Below, one piece after another: positions 41,496 through 56,863 of a stretch of 64,000 nucleotides of DNA. How positions within the stretch are numbered: the stretch's first letter is position 1; each line of letters opens with the position of its first letter. Origin of the DNA: Eledone cirrhosa (taxonomy: Eukaryota); NCBI GenBank assembly GCA_964016885.1, contig OZ024742.1, positions 314,526,001-314,590,000 on the forward strand, given 5' to 3'. The notes beneath the pieces are model-generated. The model saw only the letters and a program-made list of their open reading frames with translations. It made no database searches and was not told where the DNA came from. Position numbers and translations under genes: made by a program.

Positions 41496-41734
41496 ATAAT
41501 AATAAATGTGAAGACTAAAATCCTTCGGTTGCAACGTTTTTCGAAATACTTACTTCTGCGTCCACAGATTGATTTTGTTTTTGGTAGGTTCAGAAGATAC
41601 TGTTAAGAGTGAAAGTAGCGCTTCTTTGCTTAAACTTTAATCTCTAATTTTAATAAATAAATGTATATATATATATATTTCGTTTCTGAATTTGTTTAGC
41701 AAGATTCTTTATCTGAAATCGTGTGTTGAAACCG

Positions 41735-42420
<686 letters not shown>

Positions 42421-42430
42421 CATATATATA

Positions 42431-45041
42431 TATTATAATAAAATGACAGGAGGCTGGACTTGGGTAAATCCTTGAAAGGTTTATTATACTATGATCATTT
42501 CAAAGACCGGGTTCCGTATGAAACCGGTGATATCATCAGGTATTCGAAATATAATAAATGAATGTAATAGATAAAATCCATGGGGCTGAAAATCATAGAC
42601 CGGAGGACGACCGACCATCTAGCATCTTCCACTTTAGCCGGTCGCCCTCAAGTGCTGGCTATTCGGTCTACTTGAGGCTATCTGGTGAGGGGGCTAAGGC
42701 TTATAGTGTGCTACTACTCTCCCGGTCAAATAGAAGAAAAACAGAAAGGAAGAGGGAGATAAGTCAGCGTTAATATCATGCTACAAGAAAAAAGACAGAA
42801 AGAAAGAGGAAGAAAAAGAAAGAGGAAGAAAAGTCAGCGTTAATGTCAAGCTACAAGAAGAAAGACAGAAAGAAAGAGGAAGAAAAGTCCGTACTGATGT
42901 CAAGCTACAGTCAGGCCAGGAATGCAGCGAAACAAATTTTTTCTAAAGGACCCGTATCTTAACAGAGGTATATATTATAACAGAGGTAAATATAGTGGGG
43001 TCTGCATGTTATAATGTGTGAGCAGAAGAGTGGAACGTAAATTTTTGTTTAGACTTATAGGATGAAGTTACAAAAATTTAAGATTAACATTATAAAATTA
43101 AAGAAATTATAAAATTGAAAATTAAACAGTTTAAAATTTTTAAGGTTTTGGGTTGCGAGGTTTAGGTAAAGAAAGAGTCTTTTATGAAGAAATTGTAATA
43201 GTATTATAGAGTAAAGATTATGTCCTTGTTTAGCAGTCAAACAGCATGCGTCGACTGCAGACCCCAGCTAGCTCAGTCTAACCGCGTGTCAGCCATTCCG
43301 AGTGAGATCGCCTAGCGAAAGATATGGAAATCAATTTTTCCAAGCACTCTAGGAATGTATATCAGGCTTCAGGTGTGCTAGTGGGAAATCAGCCCTCGGC
43401 GTTAGGACATCCTTGTACCAAACCAGTACTATTAATTTACCCAGGAGGGAGACTTGTTTAAGTAGAGGGAGGCATGATATATTTAATAGTTATGATTATG
43501 TCCATAATTTAAAGGTACTATATGGCGCGCCAGGCCCCTGGGGCGAGTCAACCCGCTCCGAGTAATTTCATTTACTGAAAGAAGGGGAAATTTACTTTTC
43601 CAAGCACTCAAGGTAGGCCTATCCGCCAGGAGGCCGGTCCCGCAGCCAGGAAAACCAACCCAACAGTCCGACAGAAAATTGGAACGTTAAAACTTTGTTT
43701 AGATTTATAGGATGAAGTTAAAAAAATTAAAGATTAACATTATAAAATTAGAAAATGAAAGAGTTAGAAAATTGAAAATTAAACAATTAGAAAATTGAAA
43801 ATTAAACAGTTAAAGCATTTTTTTAAGGTTTTGGGTTGCGAGGTTTAGTTAAATAGAGAGTCTTTATGAAGAAACTTTAATTTACCCTCCTGGGTAAATT
43901 AATAGTACTGGTTTGGTACAAGGATGGCCTAACAACGAGGGGTAACTTCCCACTAGCACACCTGAAGCCTGATATACATTCCTAGAGTGCTTGGAAAAAT
44001 TGATTTCCATATCTTTCGCTAGGCGATCTCACTCGGAATGGCTGACACGCGGTTAGGCTGGGCTAGCTGGGGTCTGCAGTCGCCGCATGCTGTTTGACTG
44101 CTAAACAAGGACATAATCTTTACTCTATAATACTATTAAAGTTTCTTCATAAAAGACTCTTTCTTTACCTAAACCTCGCAACCCAAAACCTTAAAATTTT
44201 TTAAACTGTTTAATTTTCAATTTTATAATTTCTTTAATTTTATAATGTTAATCTTAAATTTTTGTAACTTCATCCTATAAGTCTAAACAAAAATTTACGT
44301 TCCAATCTTCTGCTCACACATTATAACATGCAGACCCCACTATATTTACCTCTGTTATAATATATACCTCTGTTAAGATACGGGTCCTTTAGAAAAAAAT
44401 TGTTTCGCTGCATTCCTGGCCTGACTGTAGCTTGACATCAGTACGGACTTTTCTTCCTCTTTCTTTCTGTCTTTCTTCTTGTAGCTTGACATTAACGCTG
44501 ACTTTTCTTCCTCTTTCTTTTTCTTCCTCTTTCTTTCTGTCTTTTTTCTTGTAGCATGATATTAACGCTGACTTATCTCCCTCTTCCTTTCTGTTTTTCT
44601 TCTATTTGACCGGGAGAGTAGTAGCACACTATAAGCCTTAGCCCCCTCACCAGATAGCCTCAAGTAGACCGAATAGCCAGCACTTGAGGGCGACCGGCTA
44701 AAGTGGAAGATGCTAGATGGTCGCTCGTCCTCCGGTCTATGATTTTCAGCCCCATGGATTTTATCTATTACATTCATTTATTATATTTCGAATACCTGAT
44801 GATATCACCGGTTTCATACGGAACCCGGTCTTTGAAATGATCATAGTATAATAAACCTTTCAAGGATTTACACAAGTCCAGCCTCCTGTCATTTTATTAT
44901 AATATTTAACTCCGTACTAGCACCACCAACTACAAAAACGAAGACGGTTGAACTGCTTTACGTTGAGTACTCTCCATATTATTATATTAGGATTGACCAT
45001 ACGGAATTGACCAGCTCTACCCAGTGGTGAACCTTCAATCC

Positions 45042-45045
<4 letters not shown>
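42431..45045. mobile_element. Non-coding element with ~1 kb inverted arms (42431-43449 / 43885-44904) and terminal hammerheads
   Basis: Arms are nearly identical; 43680-43876 is a diverged direct repeat of 43031-43196; flanked by microsatellites. Confidence 0.85.
44792..44849 (+). ncRNA. Minimal hammerhead motif, canonical core (inverted copy at 42486-42543)
   Basis: atac-CTGATGA-tatc-accggtttc/gaacccggt-cttt-GAAA-T GATC A-TA-gtat-AATAAA. Confidence 0.8.
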
Positions 45046-45082
<37 letters not shown>

Positions 45083-45089
<7 letters not shown>

Positions 45090-45300
45090 TAACAGATTAA
45101 AGTTTAAGCAAAGAATCGCTGCTTTCACCCTTAACGGGACCTTCTGAAGATCCCGTTAAGGGTGAAAGCAGCGATTCTTTGCTTAAACTTTAATCTGTTA
45201 TTTTAATAAATATTTGCTCTACGGTTCTTATATATTTGTTATATATTTATCCTTATCGAGCCCCCTTTGGATTTTAGTCTTCAAATGTATTATTATTACT
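45083..45300. repeat. Fold-back pLTR terminus (near-perfect ~62 bp arms, 45083-45207)
   Basis: Apex ccttc-t-gaaga; same family as 27851. Confidence 0.85.
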
Positions 45301-45312
45301 ATATATATAGAT

Positions 45313-45500
45313 GGTGGATTGGCAGTATCGGTAGAGGGTCGGACGCCATGCTTTCCAGCATAGTTACGTCCCTTTACGATCTGAGTTCAAATCCCGCCGA
45401 GGTTAACTTTGCCTTTCATCCTTACGGGGTCGATAAAATAAAGTACCAGTAATGAACTGGATAATTGCTGGCCTTGTGCCTAAAGTAGAAACAATTATTA
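45313..45500 (+). mobile_element. Meta-type SINE, near full length
   Basis: Matches the other copies; (tta)n tail. Confidence 0.85.
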
Positions 45501-46394
45501 CTATATATATATATATATATATATACATTATTAATATATGGAGAGTGATGTTACGTATATTTATTTTGTAACTACTATAAAAATCACTTTTCGTTCCTTT
45601 CTAAAATATTTCGAAAGTTAATTTTTCAAAATGACGTACAAAACATTTTATTACTTAGAATACACGACGACTGTCATTTTGAAACTGAATAAGTCCTGGA
45701 TTATATATTCACGGTCCTTTCCAAAAAGGAAACAAGTATATTATTTAATTTTGCCTACATTTATGTATGTATTTCTGTCATCATTTGAATCGTAACTTTA
45801 TCAAATGAGTTATTTGAAGAGAATTTATATTATACACTAGAATGAATTATTTTCGGAAAATGTTCTGTTAGACGAAGAAAACAAAGTTATCCTCAACCAA
45901 AGTATTATTAGCAAAAATGAAATTTAAAAGAAAATGAATATTATAAAACGTGATGTGTGTCTATTTCACTAAATTCGATACAACTCTGTACACTGTAATG
46001 CCATATTCCTCCAATGTGTCCCTATTTCTTTTCTGATTGTTTCTTCAAACATATTTTTTATAATATCCCTGCAAAACGTTTCAAATTTGTTTCAAATATA
46101 TGATTTTGCTTGAAGAAATGTCTTTCATTTTCAAATTGTCTTATCCGGTATGTCTTCTTTTTACTTAATGTTATATTTTCTCAATATTTTATTTAGTTGC
46201 TTTTTCTTCATCATATGAGATACCTTCCTGTCTATTTCATTTTATAACGATGATAATAAATCTTTTTTCCCTGGTGTATTGATTTTATGTCTTTGTGATA
46301 ATTTCGCTTTACTCCGTTCTTATGGTTATTTTGAGTACGATATCTATTTTATCACATGTTCTGTCTGTTTTAGAATACATATATACATATATAT

Positions 46395-46970
46395 CATCAT
46401 CACCAGCCGTCCGCAGACGAAACTATAACATCTTTCACTCTCTACCTCCAACCTTCTTTCTCCCTCCATCAAGACTTTGATTTCAGAGTCACTGTTTAGA
46501 CCAGTCTCTTCGCTGATCATATTTGGAAAAATCTACATTGCTGCTTCTCTGCACCGCCTACGATCTGATGGTGACCAGTATAAAAGCTTAGAAACTGGTG
46601 GGTCTCCATTTCCACAGAAATGGAGACCAACAACGCGTAATCTCCTCTGCCTAATGGTATCTGTTAACTGTGGCAGGCCTTTGTATAACTCTCTGTTGGT
46701 TACGTATATGATCTCTCCAGCTGACGATAACATTCTTCTCAATAGCTTACTATGTAATCCATTTATTTTTATTTCTAGATTTAATGTTATGGCCCAAGTT
46801 TCTGATTCATATAGCAAAATATTTTCTACATATGCCCTGAAAAATCTACGTTTCAGTTTTCTGTCCATGTTAGACTTCCATAGTTTGTAAAACTGATTTA
46901 TTTTAAGCCATGTAGTTCTTTCCTTAAATTCATCCTTGCTTTCTGGGATATAATCGTCTAAATATTTTAT
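46395..46970 (-). mobile_element. RTE-like LINE 3' fragment
   Basis: KRRFFRAYVENILLYESETW..LLRRML..TNRELY..IRQRRLR; (tga)n tail. Confidence 0.75.
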
Positions 46971-49900
46971 TTCCTTCGGCCATATTAATGATTTTAACAG
47001 TAAGGGATTTCACCTGATATTCAGCATTGATTCCATCTGTCACAAATTCTAGATTTGCTGCATGGTCAACATATTTTCTGCTTTTCTCTATGGCAGTGGC
47101 ATTCAAGTTTTGAAAATATGTTATATGGCACGTTTTTTCCTGGATAAATTATTTTAATTTTCGTTCTTCTTTCCACGTTTATGATTTTTGCATTTTGTCA
47201 ATAACCTATGTTCCACATATTGTTTCCATTATTACGTTTTTATATTATATCATCCCCTTTCTATTTTACTGCAAAAGGATAATTTTTTTTTCTTCTTCGT
47301 ATTGATTATATTTTGTATATTTCTTTTAATATTTTCTGCGGGGCTTAAAGAAGGAACAATTCCATCAGGGTTAACCATGCGCCATAGATACTGAGTAAAA
47401 TCGATTATTCAGCATATTCCCATTCAGATTTATTTATGTGGAAAGCATTTTCTGGTCACTAATTTTTTAAAAAGTTATTTGTACATCAGAGTTATTTGTT
47501 TATATATTTCATGATAAGTCGTTTCTGTTGTTCTATCGCAAATGATTTGCTTTATGCAAGTATTCCTGTTTTGTTTTTGTTTTACTTTTTGCTTAGTTCG
47601 TCTTTGATTTTAAGCAACTAAACTATTGTGTAGGTGTCTTTAAACAATACAATCTATCTCCAACATTATGTGTTGGATTCAGTTGCTGTTGCTCGTAAGT
47701 AGGCATGTTATTATTCAGCAAACCTAGAATCAAAACATACGTCTTTTTGTTTAGAAGAGTGCATCAGAAAGTAAATTGACAAATTAATCCTTCACCTAAG
47801 GTATGTGTTGTTATTTGAGTTGAATTTTTCTATTTCTAGCAGGATAGTCGACCGGTTAGAAGAACCATCGGTGGCCTGTTATATGCATAGTATGATGATT
47901 GCATAGTATACATATAACGCCCATAGGTCAGTAATTATGTCCACAATGTATTTGTAGCTTTTATTGTTTTCATGGAAAAGGATTAATCCTATATTTTTGA
48001 AGTAAGCATTTACAGATGATACTAAATCCAAAACATTATAGTGTAATTAGATTAAACTGAAAAAGATAGCTGCTGTGCTGTCTGGCTGGTTGGAAACGGT
48101 TTTTATTGCTGATTAAAATGTGCGACATGTTTGCTGATTTTTACAACACTGGTTTTATTTTTAGTGAGTTCACTATGCTCTATTTATGTGTGCATTTGAT
48201 AAGTGTAGTTATCTTTATACGAGAAACAATATATTTTATGTTTAATCAAGTCAAGATGGTGACGCATCTAATCCTACCAAATATTGACCTTGTACATTCA
48301 CTTCTCACACAAAAATAAAATAGACACATACATGAGCAACCGCCTTCACTGACAGATAAATACAGATGCATATATGTGGGGATTTAACCTGCTCGACATA
48401 GCAAGAAATTCCTCAGATCACACTATATCTTTATAATAATAAGAATACATTGACCAGCGTTAATCTAGACATACATATGCAAAATATCGGATTTTTTACT
48501 TCTGGAAGCTATTTAAACATAATTATTTGTATCTTTCTTTCTTCACTTCATTGTTTACTGATTATATACTACTCCGTGTGGTTTTAATCCTTTTATTGTA
48601 ATTGTATACTATAAGAAACAATTATCTTATAGTTATTATTTTTGTGTTGCTATCATTACTTTTTACAAGGACGGGGATAAGGATGTTGATAGTGTAATTT
48701 TTGCTGTATGGTTTTCTTGTTGCGAAAAATGCCGCGCCAACATAACAAATATTTCCAAAATAAATTTAGATCCTACATATAGCAATAACTCAATGACATT
48801 ATAGTTCTTTTTCTGTGAAATATTTGTTCAATTCTTTTATATTTAATGCGTCATACCAATGAAACGGCATTGAGAATAATACTTTCCAAACTTTTATATT
48901 TATCAATGTTTCTGTCGCAGTTGCTTTTTATCGTATTAGATTTTGAAAGTATCACTATCGTTTAAAGAATCGCTAGCTTGTTACTTGGTCTTCAATGTGG
49001 CAGACTTAAGGCAATATTAAGAAAATCAATAGAATAGCCTGTCATTTCTATTTACAGCTACATTCAATAACCTGAGATGTCAATATAAATAATTAGTTCT
49101 TTCTACATCGAGTTATAAGTAGATACTTCATTTTTAATATGAAAAGCGATGGCCATACTAAAAGACATACTCACACATACACATACGCAAAAGAGTCATA
49201 TCTAGTTTTAAGTATTTGTATAATTCCAGTTACAAATTCCACGTAAAGAAGTTTTATACCTCTCGTTGTCGAAGATGAGCAAATGACAAAATACTATTTA
49301 TATATTTCGGTAGGAATTTAGCATAACTTTCTTGTTTGATTTTATTTTTCCATTGAACATTTCTATGTATCCATAGAATATACAACATGTGTAAATGTAT
49401 GCTTAATGAATTGAAATAGCCATATTTGCGTGCACATACACAAGGGTGGTAATAGTTAGTTAAATCTCTACCAATGCACAGATTAATAAGGGTATATTGG
49501 GTATATGGCAACACCAACAAGTTTACTTGGTGAGCAGGGTGATTTTAGACACTCCGCAGGACAAAAAACAAATCTTGACAAAGGGTGAAACAACTCATAA
49601 AAGTGAACGGCCAGGTAAAAAAAAAAATCCAGCCAAATTGATGGGTGGCAGCAGTTCCAGCTGCCCGCATTGAAAGACAGGTGAAGTGGTTCTGATAACA
49701 TTGTGACTTTGCAGATGATCAAAGCAATTGACAATGGAAAGGCGTTCCCGCTCGAGTGAGAAGAGAACTATTGACCTTCAGGAGAAGCAGCGACCCCTGA
49801 TTGTATTGAGCAACCGAAACAAATATGAAGTACACCAAATCCAATGCGCTTAGGTCGGCCCTGGTTCTTCTTATTTAATCACCGGATTAGAGATTAGATT

Positions 49901-51541
49901 AGATGAATAACGTGGTTCATGATCAACTTCACCGATTAGTTGGACACAATTAAAATCCATTTGACTATGTCTGCTTAGCTAATGTTGAGCTGGTTGTAAC
50001 CGCCCAAAACAGCTACAACAACATGTATATTAAGAATGTGTATGTGTGTGCTGTTAAATATACATACATGATAAAATCCGATTGTCTTGTCTAGATTAGA
50101 ATGCATTTCATTATAGGTCTGTTTGGTCAATGATCTGTTGCTAACCAGCAAATGCAGCATGTGTGTCAAGAATATAAATGTGTGTGAATATGTGCGTGTG
50201 TGTGTGTGTGTGCATGCATGGTGCGTGTGTATGTGTGCGTGTGTAGTTACATATAGATATTGAAATGACAAAATGCATAAAGTTATTTCTTACAAACTCA
50301 TACATTTCGCAACTTATATATATATATATATATATATATATTGCGAAATGTATGAGTTTGCAAGAAATAACTTTATATATTTTGTCATTTAAATATGTAT
50401 AAACCAAATTACATTAAAAAACAACAATTTGAGCCATTTTTTCCGTATAAAACAGAAAGAACGTTCGAACACAAACCAGATGCGAGAAAGCACAACAGAG
50501 ATACAAACCCTCCATCTCAATTTTAATTTTGAAATTCATAAGAACTGTTAAACCGTTAAAGTAAATAAATAAATATTCATAAAAGACTCCAGTTGCATTT
50601 TCAATCTCTATTCCTTATATATATATATATATATATATATGATGATTTCTCCCGAATGAAACAGTTCTAGGCCTGTAGAAGCCATTTCTATATTAAATAT
50701 ACATATATATATATATGTCTTGGGTATGACATTATATTACATCCAGTGGTAAGGCTCTAGTTCGGGAGTTCAGGAGCTGTAGGGAATGTGGTGTTACACC
50801 TTAGTTGTTATCTCTCCCAGGTCTGCTCTGGCCCTGAGTAGTAGTACCTGTTAGGGCCCCATTTATGGGTTAAATAACTACCTTATTCGAGTGGCGCCGG
50901 TAAGGTATTATCAGCCACTGAAAATGTGTGTATATAAATATGTTCGATTCTCCGTGTTGGTGTATGTATATTTGTGTATGGGTGTGTGCGTGTGCATGCT
51001 AACATAACATAAGTAAACAAGGATGAGGGGTGTATAGTAAACAATATTGATTACAACATTCTATCTCAAAAGGCTTCAATTCTCAGGTTTTCCTTCACTT
51101 TTGTAATTTTCAGTTGGCCATATCCCCACTACTAACAATATCACCAGCACCATCACGAAAACCGTGATACTTCAATATATCTACAATACTAGACGTAGCA
51201 AAAATAAATACTCCTGATGATAACACCGTGAAGGTCTGGAAACCTTTGGAAAATTATGAACACTGGGATTTTTGTTCTAAGTTAACTGTAGAATCTTCAT
51301 TAGAAAATGCGAGAATATTCCAATGAATGATATTGAAGCTTTACACACATAATACATAGATTCCTTTATGTATATATATATAAATGGAAAAAATGAACTT
51401 TCATTTCTCACTCTTAGTACGGCTGACACTTAAATATTAGTATGTATACGTACATACATATATGTATACAGACGTACAGTAGTATGTATATACATACATA
51501 CATGCACACATATATATATGTACGTATGGGTTTACTGAACA

Positions 51542-52570
51542 TCTGTTTATATGTAAAATTATGTGTGTGTGTGTCTGTGTGTCAGTGTATTACCTATAGA
51601 GGCCTATATCTGACGACCGATTTTTATGAAAATTTACAGGCTCATAGATTAGTCATCGGGGAGTGTTTTCTATATATCAGCGTATCGATTTTCTTTATTT
51701 CAGGGTCATTCTGCAGATGAAAATCGATAGGGGGGTCACCATTTTTTAGGTATCGAAAAATAAGATTTTTGGCTCTAGCTTCCACATTTTGCTACTGATT
51801 TCGTTCAAGTTTTAAAGCAAAATAGAATTTATCATTGCACATCTTGTAATGGCTTTATATTTTGCATTTGTTGTTTGGGGATGGCGTGGCAGCCACTTAA
51901 ATATTCAAAAATAACACTTTTAGACTCAAATTTCCAAGCTACTTTGTTACACTACGCTACATGTGATTATTTCCCGTCTTAAAGTGGCTTTACATTTTGG
52001 ATATTTTGTTCAGTAACGGCGTGGCAGTACGGCGTGGCAGCCGCTGAAATATTCGAAAATACAACCTTTTAGCTCAAATTTCCGCCTTTTCGGCTCTAGC
52101 TCCTACATTTTTCAACCGATTTCTTTCAAATTCGAAACTTCGGCTCCACCTCACACATAAATCAATTTTTTTGGTTCAACTTTTATACTACGATATAACC
52201 TATCATTGCATATTTTATAGTAGCTTTACACTTCCCATTTTTTGTTCAGGGACGGCGACCTATCATTAGCTCCTACTTTTTTCAACCGATTTCGTTCAAA
52301 TTCGAAACTTCGGCTCCACCCCACACATAAATCAATTTATTTGGTTCAACTTTTATACTACGATAGAACCTATCATTGTACATCTTATAGTAGCTTTACA
52401 CTTTGCATTTTTTGTTCAGGGACATATTCCATACGATTTCACTCAACATTTCCCATTTGCTACACCTTACGACCAATTTTCTAAGAAACTCGCAGTCGCT
52501 ATGATCAACACCTTTTCATCAAAGCAGATATTATTTTACCTACCCAGGCAACGCTGGGTACTGCTGCTAG
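51542..52570 (+). mobile_element. Non-autonomous Helitron (~1.03 kb)
   Basis: 5' TC, internal subrepeats, 3' hairpin tacccagg-caac-gctgggta plus CTAG. A|T insertion without TSD; the empty site gaaca|tttattataatgctcgg is seen at 56588-56609. Confidence 0.88.
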
Positions 52571-52673
52571 TTTATTATAATGCTCGGTTTGTCTGTAAAC
52601 AAACAACCCGAATTATTAGCCGTACAGTGTTCGGCAACCATCGTTGCCATTTTGTTCAACACTGACAAAGGAA

Positions 52674-52714
52674 CGACGAACTAGTTTCTAGCTTATTAGT
52701 TGTCATCAGCACCG
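52674..52714 (-). ncRNA. Hammerhead-like motif (family also at 56695-56733)
   Basis: cggtg-CTGATGA-caact aata agcta-GAAA-CTAG-TT-cgtcg; second copy CTGACGA-tagct aata agctt-GAAA-CTAG. Confidence 0.65.
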
Positions 52715-53152
52715 TATACATTCCTGTCAGTCAATTTTACGTTTGAAAGTATATACTTTCCTTATGCATATTAACGGCTGAGCAGCCTAATACCGTGTGA
52801 GTTAGTCGCCCGGGCGTACCGTAAACGATAAATGGAAAAAATGAAATTTCATTTCAAACTCTTAGTACTGTTGATACTTAAATATAAGTATGTATACGTA
52901 CATACATATATGTATACAGACGTACACTAGTATGTATATACATACATACATGCACATATATATATATATGTACGTATGGGTTTACCGAACACTGTACGGC
53001 TAATAATTCGGGCTGTTTGTTTACAAACAAACCGGGAATTATAATAAATGTTCGGTAAACCCTTACGTACGTATATTCCTGGCTTCTATTTCTAATTCTT
53101 CATTTATTATATATATCATATTTGCAACAACACAGCTCGTCATTTTTCATTC

Positions 53153-53202
<50 letters not shown>

Positions 53203-53632
53203 TTGAGTGTGAAGTCTGTGCATATAATAGTCATTACAGATGCATCCTGTTAATCCACGTATATATTTTCACAGCAGGCACCTTCGTTACCTCTACATAA
53301 ATACACAACCTGCATATATTTTACATATACGCATATATTATTTGCTCACACAGATCACCTCAAACAACTTGCGATGCGTATTATAATGAAAAAAATATAT
53401 ACTTAGATAGACAGTTTTAAATGGGACGTATCTGTAATTGAAAGAGACACCCTTGTCACGCACTGTACCACGCCGAATTTCCCGACTTTAATTTCATGAT
53501 CAGACTTTTTTTCTTATTAAATAAAAACTGGAATATATGTCATCGGAACCGACGGAGGTCCAACATATACATTACATATGCATTACACACTGTTATATAT
53601 ATCTATATATATATATATACATATATACATAC

Positions 53633-53666
<34 letters not shown>

Positions 53667-53715
53667 CTAAATGTATCCTGAAGAAGGGCTTCTCCTTCAC
53701 CCTTCTTGTATAAAT

Positions 53716-53752
53716 GTATCCTGAAGAAGGGCTTATGCCCGAAATGTTGTCC
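53716..53752 (+). ncRNA. Decayed hammerhead-like motif
   Basis: CTGAAGA-a-gggc ttat gccc-GAAA-TGTT; stem I not evident; 5' half duplicated at 53668. Confidence 0.45.
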
Positions 53753-54005
53753 TCCCCCCAACTCACAAGAGCGTGAACCTAATAAACCTTTATTTGTCTG
53801 CCTCTCTGTTTTGTCCCCGTCTAAATTTGCACTATATATATATATATATATATATGGATAGACCACATTGAAAAAATATATATTTCCCACGGGCATTGCT
53901 TGGTCAGGATCTGTTACAGGGTCGTGTGGCTGGCTGTAGTCTAAAAGTGCACCATTTTCTGTAATCTGACAAGTGACTGCAATACACTTAGCAGAGTTTG
54001 CAGCC

Positions 54006-54036
<31 letters not shown>

Positions 54037-54149
54037 ATATATGATTCCAAAGCAAAAATCAATAGCACACACTACTAACGATGTTACAAAACAGTAAAGC
54101 TAAAGCAAGTATATTTGTACCGAAAAATGATGTTATCAAAGACAAATAT

Positions 54150-55270
54150 GAGAAAATGCTTTATGAAGGAAAGATGTGAATAATATATCTACAGTATTTA
54201 CAAGATAACAGACGGTAGTCAAACAGAAACTAATCAACTTCTTCAATGTCAAAGTTGCGTTACACAAAGAGAACCTTTACCACTAAAGTCTGGAGTAAAA
54301 CACAATCTCTGAAAATCAGAAAAATGACAAAAGTACTTGAGTAGACATCACTGCAGGAAATCTTTGATAAAATATTGAATAAGCTTACACTGTATGTACA
54401 GAAAAACAATTGTATGGCCAAATCTTCTTAACTAAAACAATGTCCATCATTGCCAGGAAAGAGAAAATTAATGCAATGCAAACACTGAAATAATAATGGT
54501 AATAAATCTTACTTAAGAGCATTTTTGATTTAATTAATGTCAAATATGAAGTCGACATTGCCTAAGAACCAGTTGACTTTATTACGAAAAAATGAATAGA
54601 AAACTAAAGAGTTTGATGATAAAATATTTATTGCTATTATTAAATATCAAAGAACTTTTGACAAAATTAATCATGACGAATTAAGTTCCCTGTTTGTATA
54701 AATGCGGTTATTCACAATATATAAATTTAAATTCATGAGCAATATTCACTGCAAAAGGTAGCACTAAAAAGTAATGTGAGATAAACAGGATGATGTGAAA
54801 GTGTACATCAAATTTGGCAAGTAATATTCTTTCTTATTTCCTTATTAAAAGTTGTGTAGAAAACATTTAGTAAGGAAAAGCCGAAACAGTTTTTATGGTT
54901 GAGTTAAAATTGTTGAGAAAACGGTGACCATTATGTAATATGTTGTATTCCTGTTGACAATAGTTTAGAGGAATTGGAGATCTTGAAGCATGAAGTGAAA
55001 ATTAAGAAACATGAAGATTATATTTTATTCGTTTATCATGGGAGAAATATATCAATGCTGTTTTAAGAACATACGATGAAGATACCTATTAGTGATAATC
55101 GAACTGTCAAAGTTGAGTATGAAATTTCGTATATTATAAAACAATGTGAAGGCTAGAAAGAATAAAAACATGAAGCAACAATTCACTCTTTTAACAATAT
55201 TTGGAAACATTCATTCATATGTAAATGGACTAAGTTAAAATTAGAAAACATATGGTGGTGTCTACAAACA
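54150..55270 (+). mobile_element. Highly decayed RTE-like RT remnant
   Basis: Faint RT-like segments only (e.g. IKYQRTFDKINH, resembling IDYxKAFD). Confidence 0.4.
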
Positions 55271-55283
55271 ACTGGCTTGAAAA

Positions 55284-55470
55284 TAATGGTTTTTACTTTT
55301 TGGCACAAGGCCAGCAATTACCAGTATATTACTGGTACTTTATTTTATCGACCCCGTAAGGATGAAAGGCAAAGTTAACCTTGGCGGGATTTGAACTCAG
55401 ACCATAAAGGGCCGTAACTCTTTACTGCAAAGCATGGCGTCCGACCCTGTACCGATACTGCCAATCCACC
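55284..55470 (-). mobile_element. Meta-type SINE
   Basis: Reverse complement of the family sequence; flanking aaataat repeat. Confidence 0.85.
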
Positions 55471-56283
55471 GCCTTTAAATAATAAGAAGATAGAGTACAT
55501 CCATCCACCCTTCCATAATACATTCATTCATATTATATACATATATACATACATACACGCACACATACATTCATACATACATACATGCATACATGCATAC
55601 ATATGTACATATTAGAAATTAAATAGCTCTGTTCTATACATAGAGTACTCTTTTTTCCTTTGCTTTTTCTTCGGAAATACTTAACATACATATATACATA
55701 TATAAATTAGGGCTGCATCTGACTCTACTTTACCTTATAGTATATACGTATTACAGGGTTCTTGCGTATTGTCGTGGTGTAGATGCAAAGCTACAGATTC
55801 TTGTACAAGTCCGTAGCCTCAGTGTTGTTATCACTGCGGTAAATTTATATCTTACATGGCCTTTCAAATTATCCATAAACCGTTACTGTAGTGTTTTATT
55901 GATTAATTATTTCGTCTATATACGGTTTATTTAAAATTACACTCATGCTGATGGTGAATCTCACACAATCTTTATTATAAGCTGCAGAATCATATAACGC
56001 CACTGACAAGTAACTTGGTTTATTAGTATTGGAATATTTTCTGTTGTATTCCGCTATAACATATACACATTTTGAAATTATAAATTAAATTATATGACTT
56101 AAATTATGAGGAAATATTGTAATAAATTATATCGATAAAATGTTAATACGAAAGGAAATTGCATTACAATTCATATCTGAGATAAGTTTTATCAACTTAA
56201 ATCAAGTGTCCAATGATATTTACATTTCTTCCGGAAACTATTTAATTACAGTCTTCATACATTAATACTTACACACACACACA

Positions 56284-56333
<50 letters not shown>

Positions 56334-56459
56334 CACACACACGCACACACACACACACGCACACACACACACCCACATACACACACATATATATATATAT
56401 ATATATACATATATATATGTATGTATACGTACATACATATATGTATACAGACGTACAGT

Positions 56460-56493
<34 letters not shown>

Positions 56494-56825
56494 CACGTAC
56501 ATACATATATGTATACAGACGTACAGTAGTATGTATATATATATATATACATGCATGCACACATATATATGTACGTATGGATTCACCGAACATTTATTAT
56601 AATGCTCGGTGTGTTTGTAAACAAACATCCCGAATTAAGCCGTACAGTGTCTAGCAACCATCGTTGCTCATTTGTTCAACACTGACAAAGGAATGCTGTT
56701 CTAGTTTCAAGCTTATTAGCTATCGTCAGCAATGTACACCTTAATTCGGGATGTTTGTTTACAAACACACCGAGCATTATAATAAATGTTCGGTGAATCC
56801 ATACGTACATATATATGTGTGCATG

Positions 56826-56863
<38 letters not shown>

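Noticed and set aside
45144-45180. CTGAAGA-tccc/gggt-GAAA apparent hammerhead
   Set aside because: The CTG is created by the fold-back apex. Other copies read CAGAAGA, and no convincing stem I or III was found. At best a divergent motif.
49480-49910. GC-richer segment as a possible host exon
   Set aside because: No convincing ORF or splice pattern. A gatta-repeat tail suggests a decayed LINE 3' end.
50718-50880. Segment resembling a common cephalopod interspersed repeat
   Set aside because: Recognition from memory only; no second copy or structural hallmark in the window.
50638-51250. Partial GATGA...GAAAC (50641) and CTGATGA...GAAAC (51214) motifs
   Set aside because: Stem I and the cleavage triplet cannot be formed.
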